Positions 1 through 12,615 of a DNA stretch of 64,000 nucleotides are shown piece after piece. The DNA comes from Eledone cirrhosa (Eukaryota), in assembly GCA_964016885.1 (NCBI GenBank), contig OZ024742.1, forward strand, positions 345,526,001 to 345,590,000, written 5' to 3'. A model generated the notes under the pieces. That model searched no databases and had not been told where the DNA came from. It was given only the letters and a program-made list of their open reading frames with translations. Each line of letters begins with the position of its first letter. Position 1 is the first letter of the stretch. The position numbers and the translations under genes were made by a program.

Positions 1-239
1 GACATTTTAAACAATGTTGTCCTATATGTTTGAATTATATGAAATGAAACGATAAGGTCATAGCTGGAATACCTTTGAGGATAAACAACAACACTACCAA
101 AACCAACACGGAATACGGGACATCTAAATAGAGCCCCCATATGCTAGAAATAGCAGCACATTTTCCCTCGAATAACATTGTAGAGTCTGAAATGAAAGTG
201 ACACTCATATCAGTTAATGAAGTCGTAGTTATCTCTAAG

Positions 240-380
240 TCGTTAGAGCGTCAGTTAGAATGATTTGCGGTATTCATGTTCGTTTTCTGCTCTCTAAACT
301 CAAATCCTGCCGAGATCTACTTTGCCTTTCAACCTTTCGAGGTCGATAAAAATAGTACCAGCCTTGTACTGGGGTTAATT
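240..380 (+). mobile_element. Degenerate copy of the abundant local SINE family (gagttcaaatcccgccgagg..ctttgcctttcatcc..gtcgataaaat..agtaccag)
   Basis: Matches the motif repeated more than 15 times in this window. Confidence 0.75.
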
Positions 381-789
381 CCTTCTCTATGTCTCTCTCT
401 CATTTCCATTCTATCACTTTCTCTATCCTTCTTTGGTAGAAATCTGCTGTGTTCAGACCTGGAGAGAAGATGAACTCCGCGAGGCTTAAAATGACCAAGA
501 AACGTCGTTTGCGACTAGGGTGCCCCTACGATTCCCTCATGAGTTTCGTGACTAAAGAAGAGCTATCCCTAAAAGACTATATTATCACATGTGGTACACC
601 TTTATCACAGGTTTTCTCGATCAGTTTTTGCCTGAGGCTAAAGACCAACAAAATCAACCGTTACACTCCAATGACTGTCACTTGAAACTGTATCTATTAG
701 AACTTAGAATATTACATCCAGCGAAAAGGAAAGTTTATGGAGACGCTGTATTGACACACAGTTTATCCTAGACATTGTAAACGTAATGA

Positions 790-1045
790 AAGCCTTCGTT
801 TCTTCTCCAAATCGAGAGATCACAGCTCCGATACTATGGGCATGTTGTTAGAATATCTCAAGAAAGAATCGCTGGACAGATTTTACGGGGGAAAATCAAA
901 CGACAGGAGACCCAGGGGTCGACCCCGAACAGGATGGTTGGATCACATGCATGAACTTGGTTGGACTCACTTGGGGATCCAGCTGGATCAGTTGGAGATG
1001 GTTGCTTCTGACAGGACTTGCTGGAATCTGCCCCCATAACCCTCT
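790..1045 (+). mobile_element. RTE-type LINE 3' fragment
   Basis: Translation GKSNDRRPRGRPRTGWLD resembles the RTE C-terminal R.RGRP...W.D motif; related copies near 20420-20640 (-) and 23820-24030 (+). Confidence 0.6.
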
Positions 1046-1062
1046 CAGGAATAAGTGGTGGT

Positions 1063-1133
1063 AGAAGAAGAAGAAGAAGAAGAAGAAGAAGAAGAAGAAG
1101 AAGAAGAAGAAGAAGAAGAAGAAGAAGAAGAAG

Positions 1134-1164
<31 letters not shown>

Positions 1165-1190
1165 CGTCGTCGTCGTCGTCGTCGCCGCCG
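1063..1190 (+). repeat. (GAA)n microsatellite grading into (GTC)n/(GCC)n
   Basis: Directly visible. Confidence 0.95.
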
Positions 1191-2559
1191 CTCTGCAGGT
1201 CTTAACACAGCCGATTGTTTCCAGAGAAGAAGAGAGACAAAGGGTGCTAGAGATATAGAGATAGTAAACGAATTCGACCTCAGAACATAGAGAGACGGAA
1301 CATATAAAGAAGTATTTAATCCAATTCCCTAATGAATATTTCAAGTTACTCCTTTAGTAAAAACAATAAAATATTCATACTTTTGGCCGATTCCGAAATT
1401 GATAGGAGAATCGCCGCCTGCATTACTTGATACCGATCACTGTTTCCCCATAAAATAATGAACTTTCTTCTGAAAAGAAACTTTAATCTTAGACGTCCTC
1501 GGACAATTTGCACTATCAAGTTATTATCTGTAATTAATTTGGCAAAGATGTGAGATAAAAGCAAAATAATCGAATGCAGGCAATATCTGGCTAACTTATA
1601 GAGTCTGGCGTTTATTTATAATTCAACACAAAACTTATTTCTCCATGCACAACTTGAGGATGGGGAGACTACGTGATAGACAGATTTTGTTCAAAATAAA
1701 CAAATATAATTCCTCTATCTAATAACCTATATATGACAGATAGCTTTAGGTCATAAGAGGAATAACGCATCCATTTAAATAGTATAATTTATAGGAGATA
1801 TGGAATTATGATTGTATTGGGAAAGATTGTACTACACCAATTAGGAAACAAACTAGGACATGGTAAATTAAGAAAAACTAACAGTTTAAACTGTTGAACG
1901 GTACATAAATGAACAGTATATAAATGTACTGTATATATAACTTATAGAATAGGGTGAAAACCCTCAAATTCTTCATAGCGGCCGATGGCAACATCTTTTT
2001 CTGTCTTTTAAGGGTTTCACCCTATTTGATAAGCTATTTCATAGCATCTCTGCGCATGACCACATCATCATCATCATCGTTGCCGTTTTAACGTCTGTTT
2101 TCCCTACTAGCAAGGGTTGGATGGGTCTACATAGACCAAGTCAGTACTGAAGCTATGGTTACTGATCTCCCAAACTAGCCAGGGTTCGGTTCTTCGTCTC
2201 ACCTATGTAGTTGGGCACAAGGGAGGTTGTGTCATTGTCTTTGACACAACTATTAATTCTATATTCTCAGCACTTCAAACTCTGATCTCTCGGTCACTTA
2301 CATTGTTTGAAATTTATAATATTTATTTACGATAGTTTATAACTTTGCCTATTAATCCGTATTATGAGCAAATTGGGTCCCACGTGCTGGCCTCCCCACA
2401 GCCCCGGCGGACAGGATGGAGAAGGCGTTTCCCCGGAGGATGGTAAGGGAGATGCGCTGGAAGAGCCATTCCAACTCGCAACGCTCACACCTGCGGCTGG
2501 CTAGCTCAGCGCCTATAGTGGTTTTCAGGCTTGTTATTTATAAATCCTTATATATATAA

Positions 2560-2740
2560 ACACGAGGAAGGGCTGCAAAGTTCCTGGTTTTGGGTAAAAG
2601 AAAATACAGGAAGATCAGTTAATTACGATTTTATTCAAATTCAACATATTTCCCTCCTAGATCCAAACATTTATTGCAGCACTCCTTCAGTTTTTCTAAG
2701 CCCTGTAAAGAGAACTCGGAAGGTTCTGCCTCCAACCACA
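2560..2740 (-). mobile_element. Mariner 3' terminal fragment (TIR plus transposase C-terminus)
   Basis: TIR-like (a)cgaggaagggctgcaaagttcctgg; minus strand reads LQGLEKLKECCNKCLDLGGKYVE, a typical mariner C-terminus. Confidence 0.7.
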
Positions 2741-3029
2741 AAACGAAATAAAGAAAATGAAATGAGTTGCTGCTCTTGAATTCAGCAGAAGATTGTTTCC
2801 ATCATTGAGAGAAGAAAGAGGAATACTTCATAAGACACAGTTTAAAAGAGAGAACCTACTAGAACAGAAGATTCTCTTTACATGAAGAGATAACGAGAGT
2901 ACAATTAATGAGATTTAGTAGAAAAACTAGTTACTCAATAAACAACTTTGGGAGAAAATGATCAGAAAATTCAAAAATGTGTGCTTTATGAATGAATCTT
3001 TATGTTTTATATGTTGTGGAGCTACTTAG

Positions 3030-3230
3030 AGATTATATATAAAGATAGTGAAAGGGGGAAAGGGTAAAGAAGGACAGATTTTGTATAGGAAAGTAAAGGA
3101 AAGGATTTTAAATGCTATAAATGAGAGGAACAGGAGGGAAAGTGTAAGGAATATTTGGCAATGGGTGAAAGAGAGGGACAAGAGAAGGTGACTGGCTCTA
3201 CACCTAGGTCGGGACACTTTTGTCAACAAC
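3030..3230. repeat. Dispersed repeat, probably a LINE end; copies also at ~17490-17700 and ~25430-25680
   Basis: Shared gaaaagggtaaagaaggacagat...ggaaagtagaggaaagga text. Confidence 0.55.
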
Positions 3231-3608
3231 CTCTTTCACTAATGCGATGAACCTGGCAAATACGTCACTTTGACTATCTGTACTATTTTCCAATATGGAA
3301 ATGAAACGACTAAGTAAAATATAATATATATCTAAATCGAAACAACTATTCGCCTGATTGGAACATTAGCAACATCTTCTCTCGCTAAATATCTTATTGA
3401 GAATGACATGTATCGATATTTACTAGTCTTTGAACACGCCCTCCCCAAAATAAACACATCCTGCGCAGACATGTGTTTCGGAGATGCATATCTCTGATCA
3501 CCCAGTTTTTGTTGCAGACGCATAACCACCATGCCCTAATGAAGTCCCGTTGATCAGTTCTACCCTGCTATATATATATATACATGTATATATACTATAT
3601 ATATCTAC

Positions 3609-4257
<649 letters not shown>

Positions 4258-4853
4258 GGGTTACGATTACTTCACTCTCTATTCTTAACGATTTATAAAA
4301 TATCAAAGACTAAAGGCTAGATACAACTTCAGTAAAATGATGTGAACAAATAACAAAATAAATGGCTCACCATAGAACATGAGAATCTATTGCGAGAATA
4401 TAGTTTTAAGATATTGAATATAGCTAATATTACTTATTGAATATCATTTGGCATGAAAGATATCTTTATGTTTCTTCTCAATACATCACCTAACACAAGT
4501 TAGTAACAGGAATTGAGGAAATCCGATTTTAAGATTCTGTAGTTTAAAAGGTGAAAGACTATGCTTTAGCAACGGAGTTTGAAATATAATATACATATAT
4601 ACATATAAATAAATATATAGTATTTACGTATCGAGAAAGAGAGAAAAAAAAAAAAAAAAAAAATGGAGGGATAGGTGATACATATAGTTATTTGCCAAGT
4701 AGCGTATGCCAAAGGTGCTCGATACTAGTGCCGGCAGTATTAAATATTCGAAGTGTTAATATTTAGTAGGCTAGAGAGTTAGCAGAGCGTAAGCACGTGG
4801 GAAAGTGAAAAATCGGAAAATAGACCGTTAAAACATGTTTATTGAAAATATCA

Positions 4854-4889
4854 CCTACGTACGTTTCGCCCAGTTGGGCTTCTCAAGGG
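4854..4889 (-). ncRNA. Minimal hammerhead ribozyme (U3-A8 variant)
   Basis: Minus strand CC-TTGAGAA-GCCCA-ac-TGGGC-GAAA-CGTACG-TA-GG; palindromic stem III; AATAAA downstream; at the PLE 3' end. Confidence 0.75.
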
Positions 4890-5141
4890 CATAAACAGTC
4901 ACAAGTGTTCCTTATATAGTTTGGAAAGAGATTTGGGGGTTAAATCGACATCAAGATTCATCGCTCGCAAAAATATCTTGTTTTGATTTTGCAGCAGGTC
5001 AAGGGAGGTAACTTTGGCCGGTGTTACGGCAGTCTTTCCCGGATAATTTTTGGTATGCAGGGATCGTTTTCTGGGTGTTGTTTTGCTGCGCCTGCCCGCC
5101 GGGGTGTTAAGACTTGTTGCAGGGAGATCCAGTGTGTTATT

Positions 5142-6167
5142 TCACTCTCCATTCTTAACCCATCTAAAGAAGGATATTTTTAAGCGATGTGTACAACTTA
5201 TCGCTGTTTCAGCTCTGCTGTTGATGAGCTCGTGGGGTGCAGTTATGATGTGGTAGAGCTCCATGAGGCAAAGATCGCATTTCCTCTTGAAGTTGTACGG
5301 TGCAGCCCTGTCGACAATCTCCCAGTGCGTGGAGAAGCTAATGTTTAAGTCCTTAAGTGATGTGATGTAGTCCGCGAGCGAGGTGGAGTGCCTTAGTTTT
5401 CTATTTGTGAAAGAGTGGAGATGTGTTCGAAACCTAATTTTGAACGGGCCGGAGGTGGCCCCTATATAATGTTTAACGCTATTGTGGCTAGTAATAGTGC
5501 ATCTATATATAACCCTATCGGTCAAGCAGTATCCTCTAAGGGGGCACCGTCCTCTGTCGCGGCAGTTGCAATTTCTGTCGCTGTTCCGTCTATTTCCCAC
5601 GATAAGGCTATCATTGTTGCTGCCTACGTTGTTAGCTGTGCTACCGCAGCTGTCGTTAGCACAATTACAACCCACAGCACGCGGGATGGTGCGATTGTTA
5701 TTCCGCACGCCATGTTTTGCATGCTCCCCAGTCACTTCGCGGTCATTCTGGTTGCGTCTGCGGATGCCGTTGCCAACACTATTGGATGCTGTCAGGGAGT
5801 TGTTAAGGCCGATACAGTTATTGTCAGGTGTAGGTGCGTCTGCGTCGAGGTGCTGTGTCTTGGTGATCTTACTGTGGTTCGTTGTTCCTATGATGTCTGC
5901 TAGGTTAGGAGTAGTAGAGAAGGATATTTTTATATTGTTCCTATTAAGAATTTTTCTATACCTATGGTTGGGTGGGAAGTTCTTCTCTAAGGTTTCGAAG
6001 AATATCCGGGGTATGTTGGAGGCCACACTTCGAGAGTAGGGGGGGTGGAACCATAGGACGTTACGGTGGCGATTACGTGTCCTTGTACTTTTGCTACGGG
6101 TGGTTCCATCTAAGTGATCGCTCTTATGTGTGTTAATGCGCTGTCGCCCGTTCGGTGCCCCTTTCAC
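5142..6167 (-). CDS. C-terminal fragment of PLE polyprotein (linker, Zn-finger, GIY-YIG endonuclease)
   Basis: WFHPPYS..NIPRIF..FPPNHRYRKILN..IKISFS; CNCRDRGRCPLRGYCL; VIY..YIGAT; RFRTH; CDLCLME; INSRAE..SCTH. Confidence 0.85.
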   Translation of the reverse strand: MKGAPNGRQRINTHKSDHLDGTTRSKSTRTRNRHRNVLWFHPPYSRSVASNIPRIFFETLEKNFPPNHRYRKILNRNNIKISFSTTPNLADIIGTTNHSKITKTQHLDADAPTPDNNCIGLNNSLTASNSVGNGIRRRNQNDREVTGEHAKHGVRNNNRTIPRAVGCNCANDSCGSTANNVGSNNDSLIVGNRRNSDRNCNCRDRGRCPLRGYCLTDRVIYRCTITSHNSVKHYIGATSGPFKIRFRTHLHSFTNRKLRHSTSLADYITSLKDLNISFSTHWEIVDRAAPYNFKRKCDLCLMELYHIITAPHELINSRAETAISCTHRLKISFFRWVKNGE

Positions 6168-6216
6168 TTTATGCTCGGGTGCACTCTTTCTACCACTTCC
6201 ATATATAAATAAATAA

Positions 6217-6286
<70 letters not shown>

Positions 6287-6354
6287 TTATATATATATAT
6301 ATAGTTTGGAATATAATATATATATATAAATATTTTTAAATATAAATATAAATA

Positions 6355-6546
6355 TTTTTATAACTGATATAAAGCACTCAACAAATATTTGGAGTAAAAA
6401 TACGATATTAACAAATGGAAACTATATTTATAAAACCATATTTATTTCATTATACATGAAATACATGAAATACATGTCCTTGAAATATGTATAATGAAAT
6501 AAATATGGTTTTATAAATATAGTTTCCATTTGTTAATATCGTATTT
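6355..6546. mobile_element. Short fold-back element, PLE-terminus family B (3' part of HHR only), tail on left
   Basis: 6398-6457 is the reverse complement of ~6487-6546; sequence matches 40975-41085. Confidence 0.8.
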
Positions 6547-6719
6547 ATATATATATAGTAACAATAATAATAGTTATACTTATATATGGTTTATATATAA
6601 TTTGTTAATATCATATTTATATATATATAGTAACAATAATAATAGTTATACTTATATATGGTTTATATATAATTATAAATATGGAGGGTACTACTAAGCA
6701 CTAGCCAATTTCCAATAAG

Positions 6720-7155
6720 AGAAAAGGTTCAATGTAATTCTTATGGCTTTGATGCAAAGAATTCCGTCACCCCTTAATTTAACTTATCCTCATTGGTAAA
6801 GGTCTTTGACTACATTGAGAGAAAAAGGTGATAGTCTGTAGGTGCGAGGTCGGGTGAATATGGTGGATGGGTCAGAACCTCCCACCTATCTCCAGCAAAT
6901 TTTCAGGGGTCATCCTTGTATGCGGCTGAACGTTATCATGAGGGAATCGAACAGGACCATGTTGTTAGTGCACCTGTGCGATTTTCACCGTTAAACTGTC
7001 AACATTTTAAGCTGGTGTTCGGGGGGAGCAGTTAGTAGTGGAAGTCACCTTTACAGTCCCACCAGATGCGCAATACTTACCTTGCGAGGGTGGAGGCCAG
7101 ACTTTGCTTGCCATTGTCGCGCAATCTCTTTATCAATCTTCGATCTCTTGCTCTT
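6720..7155 (-). pseudogene. Decayed mariner transposase, catalytic region
   Basis: Minus strand gives LHPRKV..IWWDCKG, HDNVQPH and WEVLTHPPYSPDLAPTDYHLF, with stops and frameshifts. Confidence 0.85.
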
Positions 7156-7257
7156 AACATTAAAGTAGAGACACCAGCTGCTGGTTATTTAAATTCGCAT
7201 AATTAATAAACATACACACACGCGCGCACATATAAACACACACAACACACATACAAG

Positions 7258-7300
<43 letters not shown>

Positions 7301-7303
<3 letters not shown>

Positions 7304-7472
7304 TAAGTTATTCCGGGTTGAATCGGAGGTAACCACAGTAAGTAAAGTACTCAATACATAGCAGAGTATATATATATAGATGGGATTCTACAGTACTAGA
7401 ACTGTTTCATTCTTTAGAAATCATCTAGAAGTCATCTAAAGAATGAAACAGTTCTAGTCCTGTAGAATCTCA

Positions 7473-7480
<8 letters not shown>
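7301..7480. mobile_element. Short fold-back element, family C (3' half of HHR), tail on left
   Basis: 7376-7418 is the reverse complement of 7437-7480; tail matches 9385-9450; flanked by (TA)n. Confidence 0.8.
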
Positions 7481-7516
<36 letters not shown>

Positions 7517-8453
7517 TATACATACATACATACATGTATATATAATATATAGATATAATATATATATATATACATATATATACAGTTGCGTGTGTGTGTG
7601 TGTGGATGTGTAGGTATTTATCAAGTATGCGCTTTTTTGAGATGTATAAGCATGCCCATGCGCGTGTATATGTATGTGTGTCCACGCACATATGCATACA
7701 TGCATGTGTATACATGACAGGATGGATGTATTTGTATGAATATGTCTGTGTAAGTGTAAGCATATGTATGTGTAGATCTTCCATTTTTTCATCTGTATAT
7801 ATGTGCAGCGTCTTAACTATATACGCTCTCCTGAGTACAGTGTGTGTGTGTGTGTAGAAATGTGTATATTTATCAAAAATACCTTTGAAATAATTTTTTT
7901 GAAAGGCTATTTCAAGCATTATTTTAAAAACATTCTTTTTACAGGGTTTTTCTTTTTGAAATGTGTGTTTTTTTAAGGTATTTTGAGGGTGTGTTTTTCT
8001 GAAATGTTATGTTAAATGTTTTTCCATTTTTTTAAAATTCTTTCTAAGTATTCGCTGCGCATTCAATATTTACTGTGATTGTCGCATATAATACAGTTGC
8101 GGGTGTGTACGTGATCTGTGCGGGTGTATAAGTGCCCATGTGTATCGCGCCTGCGCGAAACATGGAGATGGGTGAGGGCGCCTACAGGTGAGAAGGCGGC
8201 GAGAAGGGCGTGAGCGGTTCAATCAAACAACCCCTTGCCTCCTACAGTAGTAATTCCGATTCAAGAAACAACTTAGATTGACAGGTGGCGAATGAAAGGA
8301 AGCAAATATAGGACGGCCATGAGTGGCCAAAAATACCGATGACGTATACAATTCTTGACCACTCATAGACTGACAACAACAGGATCTAAACTACCGAATG
8401 AAGGCGCCGGGTGTAACTGGACATTTGAAAACTCTACCTCGTAGAATGGAGAC

Positions 8454-8542
8454 GTATCCGAGGACCTTACGATTTCAGAGTCAGGTTCGATCATTACATC
8501 GATCGTGCCTCGAGCTGGTCGCCAGAGAAACGATTGTAATAT
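8454..8542 (+). ncRNA. HHR-like motif, family D (CCGAGGA core, long stem II)
   Basis: GTAT-CCGAGGA-[62 nt with internal hairpin]-GAAA-CGATTG-TA-ATAT, AATAAA at 8547; same layout as 39114-39200. Confidence 0.5.
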
Positions 8543-8588
8543 ATCTAATAAATTTTATTCGTCGCAACACTGATTCTCCGTTTCTTAT

Positions 8589-8621
<33 letters not shown>

Positions 8622-8629
<8 letters not shown>

Positions 8630-8842
8630 TAATAAATGTGAAGAAAATCCGATAAGGATAATATGTAAATAAAAATATATAAAACCATAGAGCAAATATT
8701 TATTAATATAACAGATTAAAGTTTAAGCAAAGAATCGGTGCTTTCACTCTTAACGGGATCTTCTGAGTTTTAAAAGATCCCGTTAAGAGTGAACGCAACA
8801 ATTCTTTGCTTAAACTTTAATCTGTTATATTAATAAATAAAT
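8622..8842. mobile_element. Fold-back element, family A, tail on left
   Basis: 8696-8762 is the reverse complement of 8772-8840; homologous to 34844-35003. Confidence 0.85.
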
Positions 8843-8862
8843 AAATAAATATATATATATAT

Positions 8863-8912
<50 letters not shown>

Positions 8913-8914
8913 AA

Positions 8915-9374
8915 GAAGAAGGGATATTCAATTTGTTGGTAATTCAACAAATATAAATGTTAATAACTGATTCAGAGCACTCAACGGTTTTTGGAGTATA
9001 ATATACAATGATATCAAATAAATGGAAAACTAGATTTATAAAACCATGTTTATTCTATTATATATGTTTCAAGGGACCAAAATTTTGGTACGCTATCATC
9101 AGATAAAATATGAAGTGTGTTTTATAAGTTTTGACATAACCAAGGAGAATATACCTTAATGGTTCAAATTTTCCTTGGATAGTTTTCCTTGACTATCCAA
9201 GGAAAACTTGAACCGTTAAGGTATATTCTCCTTGGTTATGTCAAAACTTATAAAACACACTTCGTATTTTATCTGATGATAGCGTACCGAAATGTTGGTA
9301 CCCTTGAAATATATATAATAGAATAAATATGGTTTTATAAATTTAGTTTTCCATTTATTTAATACCATTGTATA
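8915..9374. mobile_element. Fold-back element, family B, intact HHR core on both arms, tail on left
   Basis: 9001-9183 is the reverse complement of 9192-9374; flanked by (TA)n. Confidence 0.9.
9265..9325 (+). ncRNA. Type I hammerhead ribozyme, family B
   Basis: TATTTTAT-CTGATGA-tagcGTACC..GGTACcctt-GAAA-TATATA-TA-ATAGAATA; antisense twin at 9050-9110. Confidence 0.75.
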
Positions 9375-9384
9375 TATATATATA

Positions 9385-9746
9385 AGTTATTCCACGTTCA
9401 ATCGGGGTTAACCACAGTAAGTAAGGTACTCAATACATAGCAGAATATAAACATTTTAATATAGAAAAGCTTCTACAGGCCTAGATCTGTTTCATTCGTG
9501 AGAAATCATAAGGAAGCTGACAGTCCAAGTAAATGTGGTGGTATTTATATCTTTTCTGGTGATTGAGAGGGTGGGGATTGGGATGGGTGGAGGTCATTGG
9601 TTGACCTTCAACTAATGACCTCCACCCATCCCAATCCGCACCCTCTCCTACCAGCAGAAAGGATATAAATACAACCACATTTACTTGGATAGTCAGCTTC
9701 CTGATGATTTCTCAGGAATGAAACAGTTCTAGTCCTGTAGAAGCTT

Positions 9747-9753
<7 letters not shown>
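9385..9753. mobile_element. Fold-back element, family C, tail on left
   Basis: 9459-9604 is the reverse complement of 9608-9753 around a 3-nt loop. Confidence 0.9.
9695..9745 (+). ncRNA. Canonical type I hammerhead ribozyme, family C
   Basis: AGCTTC-CTGATGA-tTTC-tcag-GAAt-GAAA-CAG-ttctagtc-CTG-TA-GAAGCT; full conserved core, GUA cleavage triplet. Confidence 0.85.
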
Positions 9754-9825
<72 letters not shown>

Positions 9826-9831
<6 letters not shown>

Positions 9832-10125
9832 GAAAAATCAGTGATGCATCTGAACTCAATTTATTATGTGTTACAATTGTTTCGCCGGCGGACAGCTCGA
9901 GACACGATCATTGTGTGGATCTGTCTGATTCTGGTCCAGAATCAGACAGATCCACACATGGATCGTGTCTCGAGCTATTCGGTGTCGAAACAATTGTAAC
10001 ACACAATAAATTGAGTTCATATGCATCACTGATTTTTCGTTTTACATTATATTATACTCTGCTCTGTAGGAGCATAGAGTGCCCCACCGGCATACCGCCT
10101 ATGGTAGCATCTTAGCTACCATCCG
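9826..10125. mobile_element. Fold-back element, family D (3' part of long-stem-II HHR), tail on right
   Basis: 9826-9934 is the reverse complement of 9936-10044 around a 1-nt centre; contains GAAA-CAATTG-TA-ACAC then AATAAA. Confidence 0.85.
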
Positions 10126-10134
10126 ACACACACA

Positions 10135-10243
<109 letters not shown>

Positions 10244-10644
10244 AGATCAAGAATGATTACTAACCCATTGTTTTGCGATCGCTTCGACTCAGCGGAAAAT
10301 ACACGTGGCACACAGAATACACTCGGCTTACTGCAGGACATGCATTATTCAAGCACATGGCATCACTCGAATATATAAATTTCATGAAAAATTATCGGCT
10401 GTCTAGACGTTGAAGAATACTAAATCTTTAATCTTTAAAACCACTTTGCGAAAAATAAAGCTTATAAAAATCAATATGTAACAGAAAATAATTGAATCTT
10501 TGTGACTCGCGTCAGCATTTGCAAGTGCATAGAAAATACTAATTGTTTTATATTTTTAAAACATTGTCGCCACAATGGAGAAAAGTATAAAAATATACGT
10601 TGTTTCTGTCACTAAACATGTTCAACTGCCATCAATGCTTCTTC

Positions 10645-10882
10645 CGGTGGATTGGCAGTATCGGTAGAGAGGCGGGCGCCATGCTTTGCAGCATAGAGTT
10701 ACGGCCCTTTATGAGCTGAGTTCAAATCCCGCCGAGGTTAACTTTGCCTTTCATCCTAACGGGGTCGATAAAATAAAGTACCAGTAAACCACTGGGATAA
10801 TTGCTGCCCTTGTGCCAAAAGTAGAAACAATTAATACTTCTTCCGGTGGATTGGCAGTATCGGTAGCGGGTCGGGCGCCATG
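10645..10882 (+). mobile_element. Near full-length SINE plus duplicated 5' head (10838-10882)
   Basis: cggtggattggcagtatcggtag...gagttcaaatcc...gtagaaacaatta. Confidence 0.85.
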
Positions 10883-11258
10883 CGGAGTCTGCACTTGTTG
10901 GGGGAGCCTGTGCGAACTCAGCGCCGACTAGCGGGCGTTTGTATTCACTCGTACTGCGCATTTCTACATGTAGTGGACAAAAATTCGCACGAGCCCCGGC
11001 TCGTGCAGAAAATTACTCGTACAACGAACCACTTGTACTGCGATTTCAACTGTATACATTTTCCTCACATCCCGTGTATATAAACAGGGTGTCCTAAAAA
11101 TGTATACATATTTTGATTACCAATACAAGTAATATTTATTAGAATGCACAGCCTTTCCCCGAAATAAAGTGATCTACAAACATAATTCATTGTATGTAAG
11201 CACCCCAAAACATTTACATAATTTAGATAATTGTTTCTACTTTTGACACAAGGCCAGT

Positions 11259-11311
<53 letters not shown>

Positions 11312-11415
11312 TGTGTGTTCCAGAAATAGATATACACTTTTGTCACCAAAAAATGCATTAAAATAATTTTTGTTATATGGATTGGCAGTATATATATGTG
11401 TGTGTGTGTGTGTGT

Positions 11416-11878
11416 TTAGAGGTTATATTTAATTTGTTGGGATACAACAAGCAAAATATTTTTTGTAACTGATATAAAGCACTCAACAAATTATTGGAGT
11501 AAATATACAATATATTAACAAATGGAAACTATATTTATAAAACCATATTTATTTCATTATACATACTTCAAGGGCCATCAAGGCAAATTATGGTGCGCGT
11601 TCATCAATTAAAATATAATATAGCTTAGTTTTATAAATAAATATTGACATACCCTGAAAAAAAGCAACCATTCTGGTTGGAATCTCCTGGATAGTGCATT
11701 TGCAACCAGAATGGTTGCTTTTTTTCAGGGTATGTCAATATTAATTTATAAAACTAACCTATATTATATTTTATCTGATGAAAGCGCACCATAAATTGCC
11801 TTGGTGGCCCTTGAAATATGTATAATGAAATAAATATGGTTTTATAAATATAGTTTCCATTTGTTAATATATTGTATA
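11416..11878. mobile_element. Fold-back element, family B, tail on left; HHR at 11767-11832 (+)
   Basis: 11504-11679 is the reverse complement of 11703-11878; TATTTTAT-CTGATGA-aagcgCACCA..TGGTGgccctt-GAAA-TATGTA-TA-ATGAAATA. Confidence 0.9.
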
Positions 11879-12114
11879 TATATATATATATATATTTCCA
11901 CATGCGTACATCAAGACATAATAGTGTAGTAAAACTAATTTTCTTTTCGTGTCGCTTATGTTCAAGATAAAATCTTTATTCACAAATGTCTACCATGAAC
12001 AATTAGTCAACTGTTACATGAGATATATGGAAAAAATCCAAGTTTTGAAGCAAGAAATAGAGAGTTCACTTTTACTCCAGAACATTGTTGGGAGAGTGTG
12101 CGAACTCAGCGACG

Positions 12115-12515
12115 AAGGCGTGTGGCCTAGTGGTCAGAGTGTTGGACTAAGGATCATAATGCTGGGGGTTTAATTCCTGGGCTGGGTTGTGTGTTGTGTT
12201 CTTGGGTAAACAACATTTCATTCCACGTTCCTCCAGTATACTCAGCTGAAAATGAGTACCAGCAGTAGCTGGGGATTTAACCCTACAATGGACTGGCGTC
12301 CTGTCCAGGTCAAGGTCTTGTAATCTCAGTCGCTTCATGCCACGGAACCGAGATAAGCACTGACCTGATGGTCATCAGGGGCTCAAGGCAGACTTTAACC
12401 CTGCAGTGGATAGTCGTCCTGTCCAGGGAGGAGTCTCATGCTCTCAGTCACTTCACGCCACAAAACCAGGATCAGCACCAACCTGACGAGTTTCCTGACT
12501 TGAGACAGACTTTAG
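12115..12515 (+). mobile_element. tRNA-derived SINE with duplicated 3' part
   Basis: A-box TGGCCTAGTGG, B-box-like GGTTTAATTCC, core aaccctacaatggactggcgtcctgtccagg repeated near 12397. Confidence 0.75.
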
Positions 12516-12615
12516 ATTAAAGACACCGTATTTAAAAGAAGATAAACATAATCATTTGTGGTTTTAAAACGATTGATTGTTGCATGAAAAATACGTTTTG
12601 AACTTTCTAAAGTCA

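Larger units (their letters stand above)
4830..6200 (-). mobile_element. 5'-truncated Penelope-like (Naiad-type) retroelement, 3' half with GIY-YIG endonuclease, 3'UTR and HHR
   Basis: ORF 5142-6167 plus HHR at 4854-4889 followed by AATAAA. Confidence 0.9.

Noticed and set aside
5415-6039. Plus-strand ORFs of 162 and 185 aa (and similar minus ORFs at 35228-36877)
   Set aside because: Antisense shadows of the PLE coding sequences
11085-11360. Tc1-like element (acagggtgtcc start)
   Set aside because: No matching inverted end found; only two same-orientation TIR-like starts
12115-12190. tRNA gene
   Set aside because: A/B boxes are present but I see no cloverleaf, and it continues into a SINE body
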